In this document: one piece after another, positions 9,854 through 22,290 of the stretch | Position numbering within the stretch: the first letter of the stretch is position 1 | Layout of the letters: each line of letters opens with the position of its first letter | Source: Hyalangium minutum | GTDB taxonomy: Bacteria > Myxococcota > Myxococcia > Myxococcales > Myxococcaceae | NCBI RefSeq assembly: GCF_000737315.1 | Contig: NZ_JMCB01000008.1 | Coordinates: 20,001 to 268,000 of the forward strand | Length of the DNA stretch: 248,000 bases | Direction of reading: 5' to 3' | Made by a program: the position numbers and the translations under genes | Notes under the pieces: generated by a model | What the model was told of the DNA's origin: nothing | Databases searched by the model: none | Seen by the model: the letters and a program-made list of their open reading frames with translations, nothing else

Positions 9854-12283
9854 CTACTCCGCCTTGAGCCCTTCGACCGGCTCCACACTGCTGGCCTTGA
9901 GCGCCGGATAGATGGAGGCCAGGTACGTGACGAGCACCGCGATGACCACGGCCAGGATCGTCTGCACGGGCTCGATCTTCACCGGCAGCGCGGGGATGTA
10001 ATAGACCTGCGGGTCCAGCTTGATGCCCACTTTCTCGATGAAGAGGCACCAGGCCAGGCCGGACAACAGCCCCAGCAGGCCTCCGGCCACGCCAATCTGC
10101 AGGCCCTCCGCGAGGAAGATCTTCACGATGCCGCCGTCGGGCACGCCCAGCGCCTTGAGGACGGAGATCTCCTTGCGCTTCTCCAGCACCAGCATGATGA
10201 CCGTGGCGACGATGAGCCCCGCGGCCACGATGATGATGATGGAGAGGATGATGCCCATCACCAGCTTCTCCAGGCGCAGCGCGGAGAAGAGGTTGCGGTT
10301 GGTCTCGCTCCAGTCGCGAGCCCGGTAGGGGTAGCTGCCCAGCTTGCGGACCACCTCGGCGGCGATGTGCCGCGCGTCGTCGATGTCCGCCACCTTGAGA
10401 TCGATGCCGTTGGCGCCCTTCACGTCGAAGAACTTCGCGGCCTCGTCCAGCAAGATGTAGACGAACTTGGCGTCATACTCGTACATGCCCGAGTAGAAGA
10501 CGCCAGCCACGCGGAATACGCGGCTCTTCGGCATGGGCCCCTGCGGCCCCAGCTCCGTGCCCAGCGGCGAGACGATGTTCACCTTGTCGCCCACCACCAC
10601 GCGCAGGGCTGCGGCCAGCTCGCGCCCGAGGACGATGCCCGCCAGCACCTGCTCCTGTGCCGGCTTCGTCCTCTTGCCGATGATGGGGTCCTCCTCCTCT
10701 TCCTCCTCGGGAGCGCTCTGCGTGCCGGAGCCCTGCCCGCCCGCGGGCTTGTCGTCCAGCATGGGCCCGCCCGCGCCTCGGCGCACGCGGTCAGAGAGGA
10801 TGAGCTCCGGCTTCTTGAGGTACTCCAGCGAGCCGCCCGGCAGCATGTACCCCGGCAGGTCCGTCACCGAGCCCACCGTGTCCGGATCGATGCCCTTGAT
10901 GACCACGCCGTCCACGTTGCCGTCCGAGACGATCATCACCTGGTTGGTGATGAACGGCGACTGGCCGATGACGCCGGGCACCTTGGCGATCTGCTCCATC
11001 AGCTTGGGGTACTCGGGCAGGTCTCCCGCGTACTTGGACACCACCGCGTGCGCGTGCGTGCCGAGGATCTTCTGCTGCAGATCGATCTCGAAGCCGCTCA
11101 TCACCGACAGCACGACGATGAGCGCCATCACGCCCACGCCGACGCCGCCCACGGACAGCGCCGTCATCATCATCGTGGGCGACTGCTCGCGCAGCTTGAG
11201 CTTGTGGAGCGCCTCGGCGGCGGCGAGCGGATCGGCCAGGCCCAGGGCGCGGATACGGGTGCGCTCGACCGCGGCCTCCACTGCCCGGACGATGCCGTAG
11301 ATGAGCAGCGGCGGGACGATGCCCAGCATCAGCACCGCCATGGTGCCCAGCAGCAGCGAGGGGCGGAACACCGCCACATGCCGGCGGGCCACGAACAGCT
11401 CGAAGCCCGCGCGCAGATCCAACCGGCCGCTGCCCGCTGCGACGAAGCCGGAGTTGATGCCGAGCACCAGCATCAGCACGAGCAGCCCGAACACCAGCCA
11501 GTAGGACAGCTCGGGGCGGCCGATGAGACCCGCGACGTAGGTGACTTCACGCAGCAGGGGCCCCAGGCGAGCCTGGAGGATGCTCACCCGATCCAGCAGC
11601 GTGAGCAGGATGGGGATGGGCAGGCCCAGGTAGAAGACACCGATGGTGGCCTCGGGCAGCGACAGCCGCTTGGCCCGCGCCGCGCCGATAGCTCCCGAGA
11701 TGAACGCCACGCCGCACGCCACCAGGAGCGCCACCGCGAAGGCCCAAGGAGGCGCCAGCTTCCACGAGCTGGAGGCCGCTGTCGCCTCGTCCAGTTGCAC
11801 GCCGCTGGAGAGCAGCGTCTGCAGCAGGATGAGGACCATCTCCGCCAGCAGGACACCGCCGCCGTAGGCCCCCAACGTGCTCCAGTAGAAGTCCCGATAG
11901 CCCGCGAGCCGGGGGTACAGCGTGGCTCCCGCGGCGGGGCTCGGGCCCTCGGTGGTAGCCGGAGCCCGGCGAATGCCCGCAGCCAGGATGCCCCAGCCGG
12001 CCAGCCAGGCGAGCGTGCCCGCCACGAGGAACTGCGTGCCCCCGAGCGCCAGCGGCTGCTTCAGCCCGAGCTCGACCGGGATGATGGACAGGGCGTTGAG
12101 GGTGGACAGGAGACTGCCCCACCCCATGAGCGACACACCGAGCGAGCTGGCCACCTCGGCCCAGGCCTGAGAACGGGAAACAGCCACCCCGAGCAGCACG
12201 AAGCCCACGAGGGCCACGAGCGAGCCGGCCCAGATGAGGCCCCAGCGATAGACGGTCTGCCGTTCAGCGGTTTGCACAGGCAC
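9854..12283 (-). CDS. LolC/E permease with long N-terminal membrane extension
   Basis: SVMSGFE, MacB/FtsX C-terminus, YPA; upstream of lolD. Confidence 0.85.
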   Translation of the reverse strand: MPVQTAERQTVYRWGLIWAGSLVALVGFVLLGVAVSRSQAWAEVASSLGVSLMGWGSLLSTLNALSIIPVELGLKQPLALGGTQFLVAGTLAWLAGWGILAAGIRRAPATTEGPSPAAGATLYPRLAGYRDFYWSTLGAYGGGVLLAEMVLILLQTLLSSGVQLDEATAASSSWKLAPPWAFAVALLVACGVAFISGAIGAARAKRLSLPEATIGVFYLGLPIPILLTLLDRVSILQARLGPLLREVTYVAGLIGRPELSYWLVFGLLVLMLVLGINSGFVAAGSGRLDLRAGFELFVARRHVAVFRPSLLLGTMAVLMLGIVPPLLIYGIVRAVEAAVERTRIRALGLADPLAAAEALHKLKLREQSPTMMMTALSVGGVGVGVMALIVVLSVMSGFEIDLQQKILGTHAHAVVSKYAGDLPEYPKLMEQIAKVPGVIGQSPFITNQVMIVSDGNVDGVVIKGIDPDTVGSVTDLPGYMLPGGSLEYLKKPELILSDRVRRGAGGPMLDDKPAGGQGSGTQSAPEEEEEEDPIIGKRTKPAQEQVLAGIVLGRELAAALRVVVGDKVNIVSPLGTELGPQGPMPKSRVFRVAGVFYSGMYEYDAKFVYILLDEAAKFFDVKGANGIDLKVADIDDARHIAAEVVRKLGSYPYRARDWSETNRNLFSALRLEKLVMGIILSIIIIVAAGLIVATVIMLVLEKRKEISVLKALGVPDGGIVKIFLAEGLQIGVAGGLLGLLSGLAWCLFIEKVGIKLDPQVYYIPALPVKIEPVQTILAVVIAVLVTYLASIYPALKASSVEPVEGLKAE

Positions 12284-12288
12284 CTTGG

Positions 12289-13857
<1,569 letters not shown>

Positions 13858-13957
13858 GGGCGCGGCACCGTAGCCAAGCGCTCCCCGGGACGCAACGCAT
13901 CATGTCCTGTTTATGAGAGCCGGAAGGTTCGCTCGGAGTCTCTCCCCGGCAGGGAGG

Positions 13958-14341
13958 TCACGAAGCGGACAGCATCAGGAAGGCGGCCACCGCCGCGGCT
14001 AGCAGCAGCGGAATCAGCACCTCCACGGGCACCCGGTGGTAATTGTGCGCCAGGTGCAGCTTGCGCAGCCCGAACCGCCGCTCGCGCTTCACCCGGTTCA
14101 GCACCATCGACGTCATCACCGGCGGCGCCTTCTCCCGCTCCACCGTGCGAACCCGCTGGACCGTCTTCTCGTACCGCACCCACCCCGCACGGCACTCATC
14201 GCAGCCGTCCAGGTGCGAACGCACCGCCGTCGCCTGCGGCTCCGGCAGTTCCTCGTCAGCCAGCGCGAAGAACAGCGCCTTCGCTTCCCGGTGGTTCAGT
14301 TGCGGTTCCACGTCCCTCAGTCTCCGCTGAATCCCACTCAT
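13958..14341 (-). CDS. Zinc-finger anti-sigma factor
   Basis: HLDGCDEC ZAS motif, C-terminal TM; after ECF sigma. Confidence 0.75.
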   Translation of the reverse strand: MSGIQRRLRDVEPQLNHREAKALFFALADEELPEPQATAVRSHLDGCDECRAGWVRYEKTVQRVRTVEREKAPPVMTSMVLNRVKRERRFGLRKLHLAHNYHRVPVEVLIPLLLAAAVAAFLMLSAS

Positions 14342-14976
14342 TCCTCAAGCCGCCCCAGCAGGTCCGCCAGTTTCTCACGCGCCCGGTGCAACCTGCTCTT
14401 CACCGTCCCCTCCGCCAACTCCGTGATCTCGATAATTTCCTCGTAACTCAGCCCTTCAATATCTCGCAGCGCCACCAACATCCGCGCGTCCGGCTCCAGC
14501 TGCGAGATCGCCCACTGCACCCGCGCCCGCTCCCGCGCCGACTCCAATGCCGCGTCAGGCCCTGGCGGTGCGCCCATGGCATTCATCAGCGCATCTTCGC
14601 CCACTTCTCCATACTCCTCGGAGCGGCCCCGGCCTCGGCGCTTCAGGTACTTGAGGCGGTTGATGCACTGGTTCTTGCTGATGCGGAAGATCCACGTGGA
14701 CAGCTTGGAGTCCTCGCGGAACTTGCCCACGTTCTGGTGGATGCTCACGAAGATCTCCTGGACGAGATCACTCGCCTCCTCGCGGTCCCCCAGCATCCGG
14801 ACGCAGAAGTCGTAGACCCGGTCCTGGTGCTCGCGCACGAGCACCTCGAAGGCCTCGGGCTCGCCCCGGCGCAGCCTCGCCAGGAGCAGACGGTCACCCT
14901 CCCCGTCCACCGCCCCAGCCTCCTGTCCTATGCCGAGCACTTCGCTCGAAGACACCGGCACCCTCCGTGGCCCCAC
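14338..14976 (-). CDS. ECF sigma-70 factor
   Basis: DLVQEIF, STWIFRI, GTVKSRLHRAR. Confidence 0.9.
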   Translation of the reverse strand: MGPRRVPVSSSEVLGIGQEAGAVDGEGDRLLLARLRRGEPEAFEVLVREHQDRVYDFCVRMLGDREEASDLVQEIFVSIHQNVGKFREDSKLSTWIFRISKNQCINRLKYLKRRGRGRSEEYGEVGEDALMNAMGAPPGPDAALESARERARVQWAISQLEPDARMLVALRDIEGLSYEEIIEITELAEGTVKSRLHRAREKLADLLGRLEE

Positions 14977-15066
14977 TCCCAGGCATCCCTGCAGCCTACT
15001 ACATCGGCTCCGGCTGCCCGCGGACCCTTGGACACCGGGCCCGCGAAGAGGTTCCCGGAGGCGCGA

Positions 15067-16189
15067 TTAGTCGACGGCGGCGTTGCGGTTGGGGTTCTTC
15101 ACCCCGAGCAGCTGCGCGGTGATGAAGTCGTCCAGGCTGCCGTCCAGCACCGAGTCCACGTTGCCCGTCTCCACGCCCGTGCGCAGGTCCTTCACCATGC
15201 GGTACGGCGCCAGAACGTAGCTGCGGATCTGCGAGCCGAAGGAGATGTCCTTCTTCTGCGCCTCGGCCGCGTCGCGCTCGGCCTCGCGCCTCTTCAGCTC
15301 CATCTCGTACAGGCGCGCCCGGAGGATCTTGAACGCCATGTCCTTGTTGGCCGACTGCGAGCGCTCCGTCTGGCAGGTGATCAGGATGCCCGTGGGCAGG
15401 TGCCGCAGCTGCGCCGTGGACGAAGTCTTGTTCACCTTCTGGCCGCCCGCGCCGCCGCCCCGGATGAACTTCAGCTCGTAGTCCTTCTCCGGGATGTCGA
15501 TCTTGATGGAGTCATCCACCTCTGGGTAGACGTCCACCGAGGCAAAGGCCGTCTGCCGCCGCGCGTTCGCATCGAACGGGCTGATGCGCACCAGCCGGTG
15601 CACGCCGATCTCCGCCTTGAGGTAGCCGTAGGCGTACTCGCCCTTGATGTGGAGCGAGACGTTCTTGAAGCCCGCCTCCTCGCCCGCGACCATGTCGTTG
15701 ACTTCCACTTCCCAGCCGCGCTGCTCGCAGAAGCGCGTGTACATGCGCATCAGCATGGCCGCCCAGTCCATGCTGTCCGTGCCGCCCGCGCCCGCGTTGA
15801 TGTCCATGAAGCAGTTGCTGCGGTCGTTCTCACCCGACAGCATCCGCGCCAGTTCCAGCTTGGCGACCTCCGCCTCCAGCGCCGGCAGCGTGCTCTCCGC
15901 CTCTTGGGCGCTGGCCTCGTCATGGGCCTCCTGCGCCAGCTCCATCAGCGTCTGCGCGTCGTCCAGGCCCCGGAGCGTCTTGTCAAAGGAGCCGACGCTG
16001 GCTTCCAGGTTGGACTTCTCCTTCAGCAGCGACTGGGCCTTGGTGTTGTCGTCCCAGAAGGTGGGCTGCGTGGAGTCACGCTCGATCAGCGAGATGCGGG
16101 ACCGCTTGCGGTCGAGGTCAAAGATGCCCCCGGAGCGCGAGCAGGCGCTCCCGAAGGCTGCCGATCTTCTCCATCGTGTCGTTCGCCAT
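15067..16189 (-). CDS. prfB: Peptide chain release factor 2 (programmed +1 frameshift)
   Basis: MANDTMEK...RGHL, then CTT TGA C and +1 frame DLDRKRS...; SPF and GGQ motifs. Confidence 0.97.
16117..16131 (-). promoter_or_regulatory. RF2 autoregulatory frameshift site
   Basis: Minus strand reads GGGGG CAT CTT TGA C: internal SD plus slippery codon and stop. Confidence 0.95.
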
Positions 16190-16222
16190 GGTGCTTTCCT
16201 CGTTGAACGCGCGGCGTGCGCG

Positions 16223-17536
16223 CTAGGGAGTCTTCAGGGTGGAAGAGAGGGGCTGACGCTCGGACTTGCGGCTTCCTGAGGCCACCTGCGCCAGCAGCCG
16301 GTCCAGATCGAAGGCGCCCGAGAAGCCCAGCGAGATGGGCAGGATGAAGGCGATCAGCCGCCAGTTATCCTGGTTGAACGCCGGGAGGAGCTTGAGTGCC
16401 AGCCCGAGCGTCCCGGTGGCCGCCAGCGTCCGCCACAGGAAGCGCAGCCCCGAGCGCGCCCGCGCCGAGCCCCACGTCAGCATGAGCCCCAGCGGCGCCA
16501 CCAGCAGCGTGAGCGGGTTGGCCAGGAAGAGGTTCTCGTTGCGGTACGTCACCGTGTGGTCCGTGAAGAGCCACATGATCATCAGCACGGTGCCCGGCAA
16601 GCCCAGCACCAGTCCCAGCACCACCTGCTCCAGCCCCAGCAGCACACGCGGCAGCCGAGCCCCTCGCCGTCCCCAGTACGCCAGCCCCACCGCACTGCCA
16701 CCGATGGCCAGGCCCAGCAGGAGCATCCATGGGCCGTAGTTCGGCGGCTCCTCGGGAGGCGGCTTCCGGTCGGACTTGTAGAACTCCCAGCTGCGCGCGA
16801 CAAGCGGCGCCTTCTGCCCGTCTGGCCCCGTCACCTGGAGCGAGCCCACCTGCCGCTCCAGCTCGTCCGGGAGGAAGGCCTCCTCCCAACGGGTGACGGG
16901 CCGGTCGATCTCGTCGTTCATCAGGAAGTCGAGAAGCACGCTCATGGGCGCGCTGACCGCGGTGTAGCGCCGCGTGTGCTCGCGCAGCGTCATCCGCCCC
17001 GGGGCCTTGTCCGCCTCCCGGAGCTGTCCACCAATGGCTCGGTCCACCATGTCCCGGAGCCGGGTGACGCAGTTGTCGTTGTAGTGGTGGTAGAGATACT
17101 CGCGGTTCTCCGGCAGGACGTTCGTCGCGAGCAGGCGGCCAATCTCCTCACGCTGCACGGGCGTCAGGTTCAGCTCCTGGACGCGCACGTCCCGGTTGTA
17201 CGCCCGGTAGGCCCGGTAGGTCCCCGCCACGCTCGCCTCGGCCACCCAGAACTCCAGCCGCCCCATCGCGTAGCGGCCGAGCATGGTCGAGTCGAAGGAG
17301 AACATCCCGTAGTTGTAGAGGCGCGCCGCACCCAGCCGCTTGTCCTCCACCACCAGCGAGCCATGCCCCCACCACGAGGCCACGTCATCCCCAGGGCTGA
17401 ACGTCACCAGCGAGATGACCAGATCCTCGCCCTTGCTCTCCCCAGTCCCCCAGGGAGGCGGTGAGGCCGCGAGGGCCGGTGCCGCGAAGAGCAGCAGGCC
17501 GAGCAGGCAGGCAATCCATGGCGCAGATCGGGGCAT
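16223..17536 (-). CDS. DUF4105 / Lnb-like membrane protein
   Basis: WWGHG, YNYG, YLYHHYNDNCVT; C-terminal TM helices. Confidence 0.7.
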   Translation of the reverse strand: MPRSAPWIACLLGLLLFAAPALAASPPPWGTGESKGEDLVISLVTFSPGDDVASWWGHGSLVVEDKRLGAARLYNYGMFSFDSTMLGRYAMGRLEFWVAEASVAGTYRAYRAYNRDVRVQELNLTPVQREEIGRLLATNVLPENREYLYHHYNDNCVTRLRDMVDRAIGGQLREADKAPGRMTLREHTRRYTAVSAPMSVLLDFLMNDEIDRPVTRWEEAFLPDELERQVGSLQVTGPDGQKAPLVARSWEFYKSDRKPPPEEPPNYGPWMLLLGLAIGGSAVGLAYWGRRGARLPRVLLGLEQVVLGLVLGLPGTVLMIMWLFTDHTVTYRNENLFLANPLTLLVAPLGLMLTWGSARARSGLRFLWRTLAATGTLGLALKLLPAFNQDNWRLIAFILPISLGFSGAFDLDRLLAQVASGSRKSERQPLSSTLKTP

Positions 17537-17611
17537 GTTCTGTCCAACAGCGAGAGCCCTACCTACCTATCATGCGCGCCGCGCGACACAACGGAGAGGT
17601 TCGCCCGACTG

Positions 17612-18457
17612 TCAGACAAGCCGCCGGGCCCGGCTGGCCCGCACCGCGTCGGCCACCATGCCCCCCTGCCCGAGGAGCTTCTCCTCCAGGGTCGCCATCT
17701 TCCGGGCGTCCTGGGGGCGCTCGTGGTCGTGCCCGAGCAGGTGCAGCAGGCCGTGAGCAAGGTAGCGGGACACCTCCTGCTCCAGCGTCCGGCTGTACTC
17801 CTTGGCCTGCCGCTTGGCCGTGTCCAGGGAGATGACCACGTCCCCCAGCTGCCGCGGCCCCGGCGTGCCCTTGGGCAGATCGCCCGCCGGGAAGCTCAGC
17901 ACGTCCGTGGCCTTGTCCTTCTTGCGCCACGTCCGGTTGAGCCGGCGGATCGCCCGGTCCCCCACCAGCGAGAGGGACAGCTCACAGCCGTGCAGGTCCA
18001 GCCGGTCCATGTACGTGCGCCCCAGCGAGGCGAGCCACTTCTCCATCGCCTCGCCCTGGGCGTGCGCCACCTGCACGGTGACGTGGTTGGCCTCGGGGGT
18101 CTCCTCCACGGTCTCTGCGTGCGCCAGCTCGGGCCGGAACGCCGGGGCGCAGATGGACCAATAGTCACATGCCCCCTGCCCGTCGTTGCTGTACGTGACG
18201 CGCCGGCCCCGGGGCACCCAGCCCACCTCTCCCGCGGCGATGCGCTCGCGCTTGCCGTCGATGACCAGCGTCAGCTCGCCGCGCAGCACCAGCACGGCCT
18301 CGTCGAACTCGGGCTTCTGCGCGGGCTCGGACCAGCCCGGCGGCGCCAGCATCCGCGCCACGGACACGGAGGGATTCCCCGTGGTCGCCGCGCCAATGAA
18401 CTCCTCGATGCGCTTCCCATCCTCGCGGGGGATGAGCTTTCCCTTGCGCAGTCTCAC
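17612..18457 (-). CDS. ybeY: Cupin domain fused to rRNA maturation RNase YbeY
   Basis: N-terminal cupin; TDVLSF and HGLLHLLGHDH. Confidence 0.85.
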   Translation of the reverse strand: MRLRKGKLIPREDGKRIEEFIGAATTGNPSVSVARMLAPPGWSEPAQKPEFDEAVLVLRGELTLVIDGKRERIAAGEVGWVPRGRRVTYSNDGQGACDYWSICAPAFRPELAHAETVEETPEANHVTVQVAHAQGEAMEKWLASLGRTYMDRLDLHGCELSLSLVGDRAIRRLNRTWRKKDKATDVLSFPAGDLPKGTPGPRQLGDVVISLDTAKRQAKEYSRTLEQEVSRYLAHGLLHLLGHDHERPQDARKMATLEEKLLGQGGMVADAVRASRARRLV

Positions 18458-18484
18458 GATGTGCGGCTCCTCGGGGGGACAGCC

Positions 18485-21010
18485 TCAGGCGCTGCGGATC
18501 TTGCCATCCTGCTTGGACGAGGACGCCACCACCAGCGGGCCCGTCTTCGAGCCTCCCGCCAGCGCTCCAGCCGGGTACTGCGGACGGGCGTGGTAGATGC
18601 CCTCGAGCGTGTGGAGAAACGAGCCGGCGATCCGGTTCAGGTCCTTCAGCGTCAGATCGCACTCGTCCAGCTGGCCCTCGGAGAAGATGAGGTTGATCAT
18701 CTTCTGCACCTGCGCCTGGAGCTTCGGCGAGCTCGGCTCGGGCATGGCGCGCGTGGAGGCCTCCACCGCGTCCGCGATCATCACCAGCGCCGCCTCGCGG
18801 AACTGGGGCTTGGGGCCCGGGTAGCGGAAGATGCTCTCGTCGATGGGCTGAGGGTTCTCCTTGCCCTCCTGCTCCTTCACCGCCTTGTGGAAGAAGTAGC
18901 CCACCAGCCGCGTGCCGTGGTGCTGAGGGATTGCGTCCGCCACCAGCTTGGGCAGCCGGTAGTGCCGCGCCATCTCCAGGCCCTCCGTCACATGGCGCTT
19001 GATGATGACCGCGCTCATGGCCGGCGCCAGCGTGTCGTGCCGGTTATCGCCCTTCTGGTTCTCGCCGAAGTAGAGCGGGTTCCGGCCCTTTCCAATGTCG
19101 TGGTAGTACGCGCACGAGCGCGCCAGCAGCGGGTTGGCCCCAATGGCCTCCGCCGCGTTCTCCACCAGCGTCCCGATGATGATCGAGTGGTGGTAGGTGC
19201 CCGGCGCCTGGACGATGAGCTCCTTGAGCGCCGGGTGGTTCAGGTTGGCCAGCTCCAGCAGCTTGATGTCCGAGGCGTAGCCGAACGTGGCCTCGATGAG
19301 CGGCGTGAGCGCCATCACCATCACCGGCACCGCGAACGCCGTGCCCAGGAAGGCGAACAGCGCCGTGAGCGCCGTGTCTCCCGTGAGCCCCTTGCCCTCC
19401 ACCATGAAGAGGCACAGCACCGCCACCAGGTTCACGATCCCGGTGATGAGGCCCGCCTTGAAGATGCCCACCCTGTCTCTCGCCCGCGTGATCCGGTCGG
19501 CAGCCACCAGCGCGCCCACCAGGGAGTAGACGCCGAACGACAGCGAGTTGCCCAGCATCACCCCCGCCAGGCACGCCAGCACGACGGCGAAGAAGAGCGA
19601 CAGCTCCTCGGACAGGACGAAGCGCACCAGCATTGCGCCAGCCGCCACTGGGAAGGCGTAGTACAGCGCCTCGATGGGCAGCGCCGTGTAGCGATCCTGC
19701 ACCGCGTCAGCGATGGACACCCAGAGCTGCAGCAGCCCCAGCATCACCACCAGCCAGAGCCCCAGCAGCACCCCATCCTTGCGCGTAGGCCGGAACCGCC
19801 GGAACGCCGTGCGGCAGAACACGAACGAGGCCGAGATCAGCAGCGCCACCAGCCCCGTGCCCCCCACCTGGAGCTGCAGCAGATCCAGTTGGTCCGTCTG
19901 CGCGCGCATCCCCTTGAGGATGATGAGGTGCGTCTCGTTCACCAGCTCGCCGTCGCCGATGACGCGCTGCCCCTTCTTCAAGGAGATGATGGAATCCTTC
20001 ACCGCCCCGGCCGCCTTCAGGCGCCGCGCGTTCGTCTCCGCGATGTTGATGGTGAGATCCGGCCGCACCAGCCGCTTGGCCAGCCGCAGCACCGCCCGGC
20101 GCTGAATACCCGGCGCGTCCGGCAGCAGGTTGCCCGGGATGGACGCGAACCGATCCATCTCCGTGTAGGCCTCGCGCGTGTCCATCACGTTCGCCGCGTT
20201 GCCCGGCAGCATCTGCTCCCCGCTGTGGCGCACATCCCGGACCGTGATGCCCTGAGGCCCCTCGCGCAGCAGTTCCTCGCGCGAGCCGGCGATGTAGAGC
20301 GGCCCCCGCTCCGAGCCATACGCGCGCTCCAGGAGCACCAGCGTGGCCGCCTCGGCTTCCTCGGAGAACCCGTTGGACAGCAGCGCCAGGAAGTCCTCCG
20401 CCTCCACCGCCGTGTCCCGCTGGCGGAAGAGCAGTTCCTGGAAGTCGCCCTGCATCACCTCGCGCTCTTTGCGCTGGCGCTCCAGCTCCTCGGGCGTGGG
20501 CGGAACGGGCTTCTTCGGCTTGGGCGCCGGCGCCCCCTTCCGCGCATCGCCGTCCTTGCGTACCTCTGGCTCCCCTTCCCCACCTGGGCCACTCGTCTCG
20601 GCGGTCCGGGTGGCCAGATGGACGCGCATCGCCGCGAAGGCCCGCTTCACCGAGCCGCGGACCTGATCCACGACGGCGGGGTTCAAGTCATACACGGGCA
20701 GCACGGAGTTGCGGGCCTCCTGGCGCCGCTGATCCGTCATTGCACTGTGAGTGACTTCGTAGTCACGGCCCGCCTTGAAGCCCGCGGGCGAGTTGGCCCG
20801 GAAGGGCTTGCCCAGCGAGGCCTCCGTGAGTGCGGGGATCTGCTGGCTGTAGAGCCCGGGGGAGATGACGAAGCCAGCGGCCACGGACACCCCGAGCAAC
20901 AGCACGGCGAGGCTCAGGCGGCGGCCCCAGGCTTTGTCTTCCACCCCCAGACGCCGCATCAGCGCGTCCAGGGGGCTCGGCCTGGGGGTAGAGGGTTCCG
21001 TTTCGGCCAT
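18485..21010 (-). CDS. 7TM HD(IG) phosphohydrolase (PgpH-like)
   Basis: GTYHHS, YYHDIGK, HHG, IMIADAVEA-like motif; phoH-ybeY context. Confidence 0.88.
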   Translation of the reverse strand: MAETEPSTPRPSPLDALMRRLGVEDKAWGRRLSLAVLLLGVSVAAGFVISPGLYSQQIPALTEASLGKPFRANSPAGFKAGRDYEVTHSAMTDQRRQEARNSVLPVYDLNPAVVDQVRGSVKRAFAAMRVHLATRTAETSGPGGEGEPEVRKDGDARKGAPAPKPKKPVPPTPEELERQRKEREVMQGDFQELLFRQRDTAVEAEDFLALLSNGFSEEAEAATLVLLERAYGSERGPLYIAGSREELLREGPQGITVRDVRHSGEQMLPGNAANVMDTREAYTEMDRFASIPGNLLPDAPGIQRRAVLRLAKRLVRPDLTINIAETNARRLKAAGAVKDSIISLKKGQRVIGDGELVNETHLIILKGMRAQTDQLDLLQLQVGGTGLVALLISASFVFCRTAFRRFRPTRKDGVLLGLWLVVMLGLLQLWVSIADAVQDRYTALPIEALYYAFPVAAGAMLVRFVLSEELSLFFAVVLACLAGVMLGNSLSFGVYSLVGALVAADRITRARDRVGIFKAGLITGIVNLVAVLCLFMVEGKGLTGDTALTALFAFLGTAFAVPVMVMALTPLIEATFGYASDIKLLELANLNHPALKELIVQAPGTYHHSIIIGTLVENAAEAIGANPLLARSCAYYHDIGKGRNPLYFGENQKGDNRHDTLAPAMSAVIIKRHVTEGLEMARHYRLPKLVADAIPQHHGTRLVGYFFHKAVKEQEGKENPQPIDESIFRYPGPKPQFREAALVMIADAVEASTRAMPEPSSPKLQAQVQKMINLIFSEGQLDECDLTLKDLNRIAGSFLHTLEGIYHARPQYPAGALAGGSKTGPLVVASSSKQDGKIRSA

Positions 21011-21118
21011 GGAACCCCGACCCTATGCAACCCGGGACCGCCCTATCAAGGACGCAGGGCCTCTCCAGGCCCCTGCGCCGGTCGCCAGGAAGCTGGCCAA
21101 ACGGCCAACCCCTTGAAA

Positions 21119-22222
21119 TCACGTGGCGATGGGCTCTTCTTCGACTTCAGGCGTCTCGGGCTCCGAGGGGTCCTGCGCCTCGACGGCAGCCGCTTCCTTG
21201 GACGCCTCGGCCTTGGCCACCTCGAACTTGTCGTAAGCCCGGATGACTTCCTGGACGAGGGGGTGGCGTACCACATCCACCTCCGAGAACTCGGAGAAGC
21301 AGATGCCTTCGATGTTCCGGAGGATGGACCGGGCGTGGTTCAGGCCGGACATCTTCCCCACGGGCAGGTCCACCTGCGTCACGTCACCCGTCACCACGGC
21401 CTTGCTGTTGTAGCCCAGGCGCGTGAGGAACATCTTCATCTGCTCGACGGTGGTGTTCTGCGCCTCGTCGAGGATGACGAACGCGTCATTGAGCGTGCGG
21501 CCGCGCATGAAGGCCAGCGGGGCCACTTCGATGACGCCCTGCTCCACGAGCGCCGAGGCACGGTCTCCCGCCATCATGTCGTGCAGCGCGTCATAGAGCG
21601 GCCGCAGGTACGGGTTCACCTTCTCCGCCAGGTCTCCGGGCAGGAAGCCGAGCTTCTCGCCCGCCTCCACCGCCGGCCGAGCCAGGATGATGCGCTTGAC
21701 CTTGCGCTCCTGGAGGAAGGCGACGGCCATGGCCATGGCCAGGTAGGTTTTTCCCGTACCGGCCGGGCCAATGCCGAAGACGATGTCGTGGGAGCGGATG
21801 GCCTCCACGTAGCGCTTCTGGGCAATGCTCTTGGGAGCAATCTGGCGGTTGCCGGAGCTCTTGAGGACAGGGCCCAGCATGACTTCGCCCAGGGACTCGG
21901 CACCGCCGCGGCCCAGGACCTTGATGGCCTGCTCCACGTCCTCGCGGTACACGGTGCGTCCGGCGCGGATCATCTCCTCGAGGTTCTCCACGAGGCGCAC
22001 AGCGAAGGCCACCGCATCCGAAGGGCCGGACAGGAGCAGCTCGGTGCCGCGCTGTCCCACACGCACGCCGAGGCGCCGCTCCATCAACTTCAGGTTTTCA
22101 TTCTGGTTGCCGCACAGCGCCAAGGCGGTCTGATTGTCCTGAACATCGACCTTGGCAGAGGTGGGGCGGACGGCGGGCGCTTCCAACGTGGCAGGGTTTC
22201 TCAAGTAGGTCCGTTCCTCCAT
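21119..22222 (-). CDS. phoH: PhoH-like ATPase (YbeZ)
   Basis: [18 protein letters not shown]. Confidence 0.93.
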   Translation of the reverse strand: MEERTYLRNPATLEAPAVRPTSAKVDVQDNQTALALCGNQNENLKLMERRLGVRVGQRGTELLLSGPSDAVAFAVRLVENLEEMIRAGRTVYREDVEQAIKVLGRGGAESLGEVMLGPVLKSSGNRQIAPKSIAQKRYVEAIRSHDIVFGIGPAGTGKTYLAMAMAVAFLQERKVKRIILARPAVEAGEKLGFLPGDLAEKVNPYLRPLYDALHDMMAGDRASALVEQGVIEVAPLAFMRGRTLNDAFVILDEAQNTTVEQMKMFLTRLGYNSKAVVTGDVTQVDLPVGKMSGLNHARSILRNIEGICFSEFSEVDVVRHPLVQEVIRAYDKFEVAKAEASKEAAAVEAQDPSEPETPEVEEEPIAT

Positions 22223-22290
22223 TCAGCTCACTATCCCGGACTCAACGTAACGTCGGCCCCTGACCCGGGAAAGGGAGGCAGGCGAGCGGG

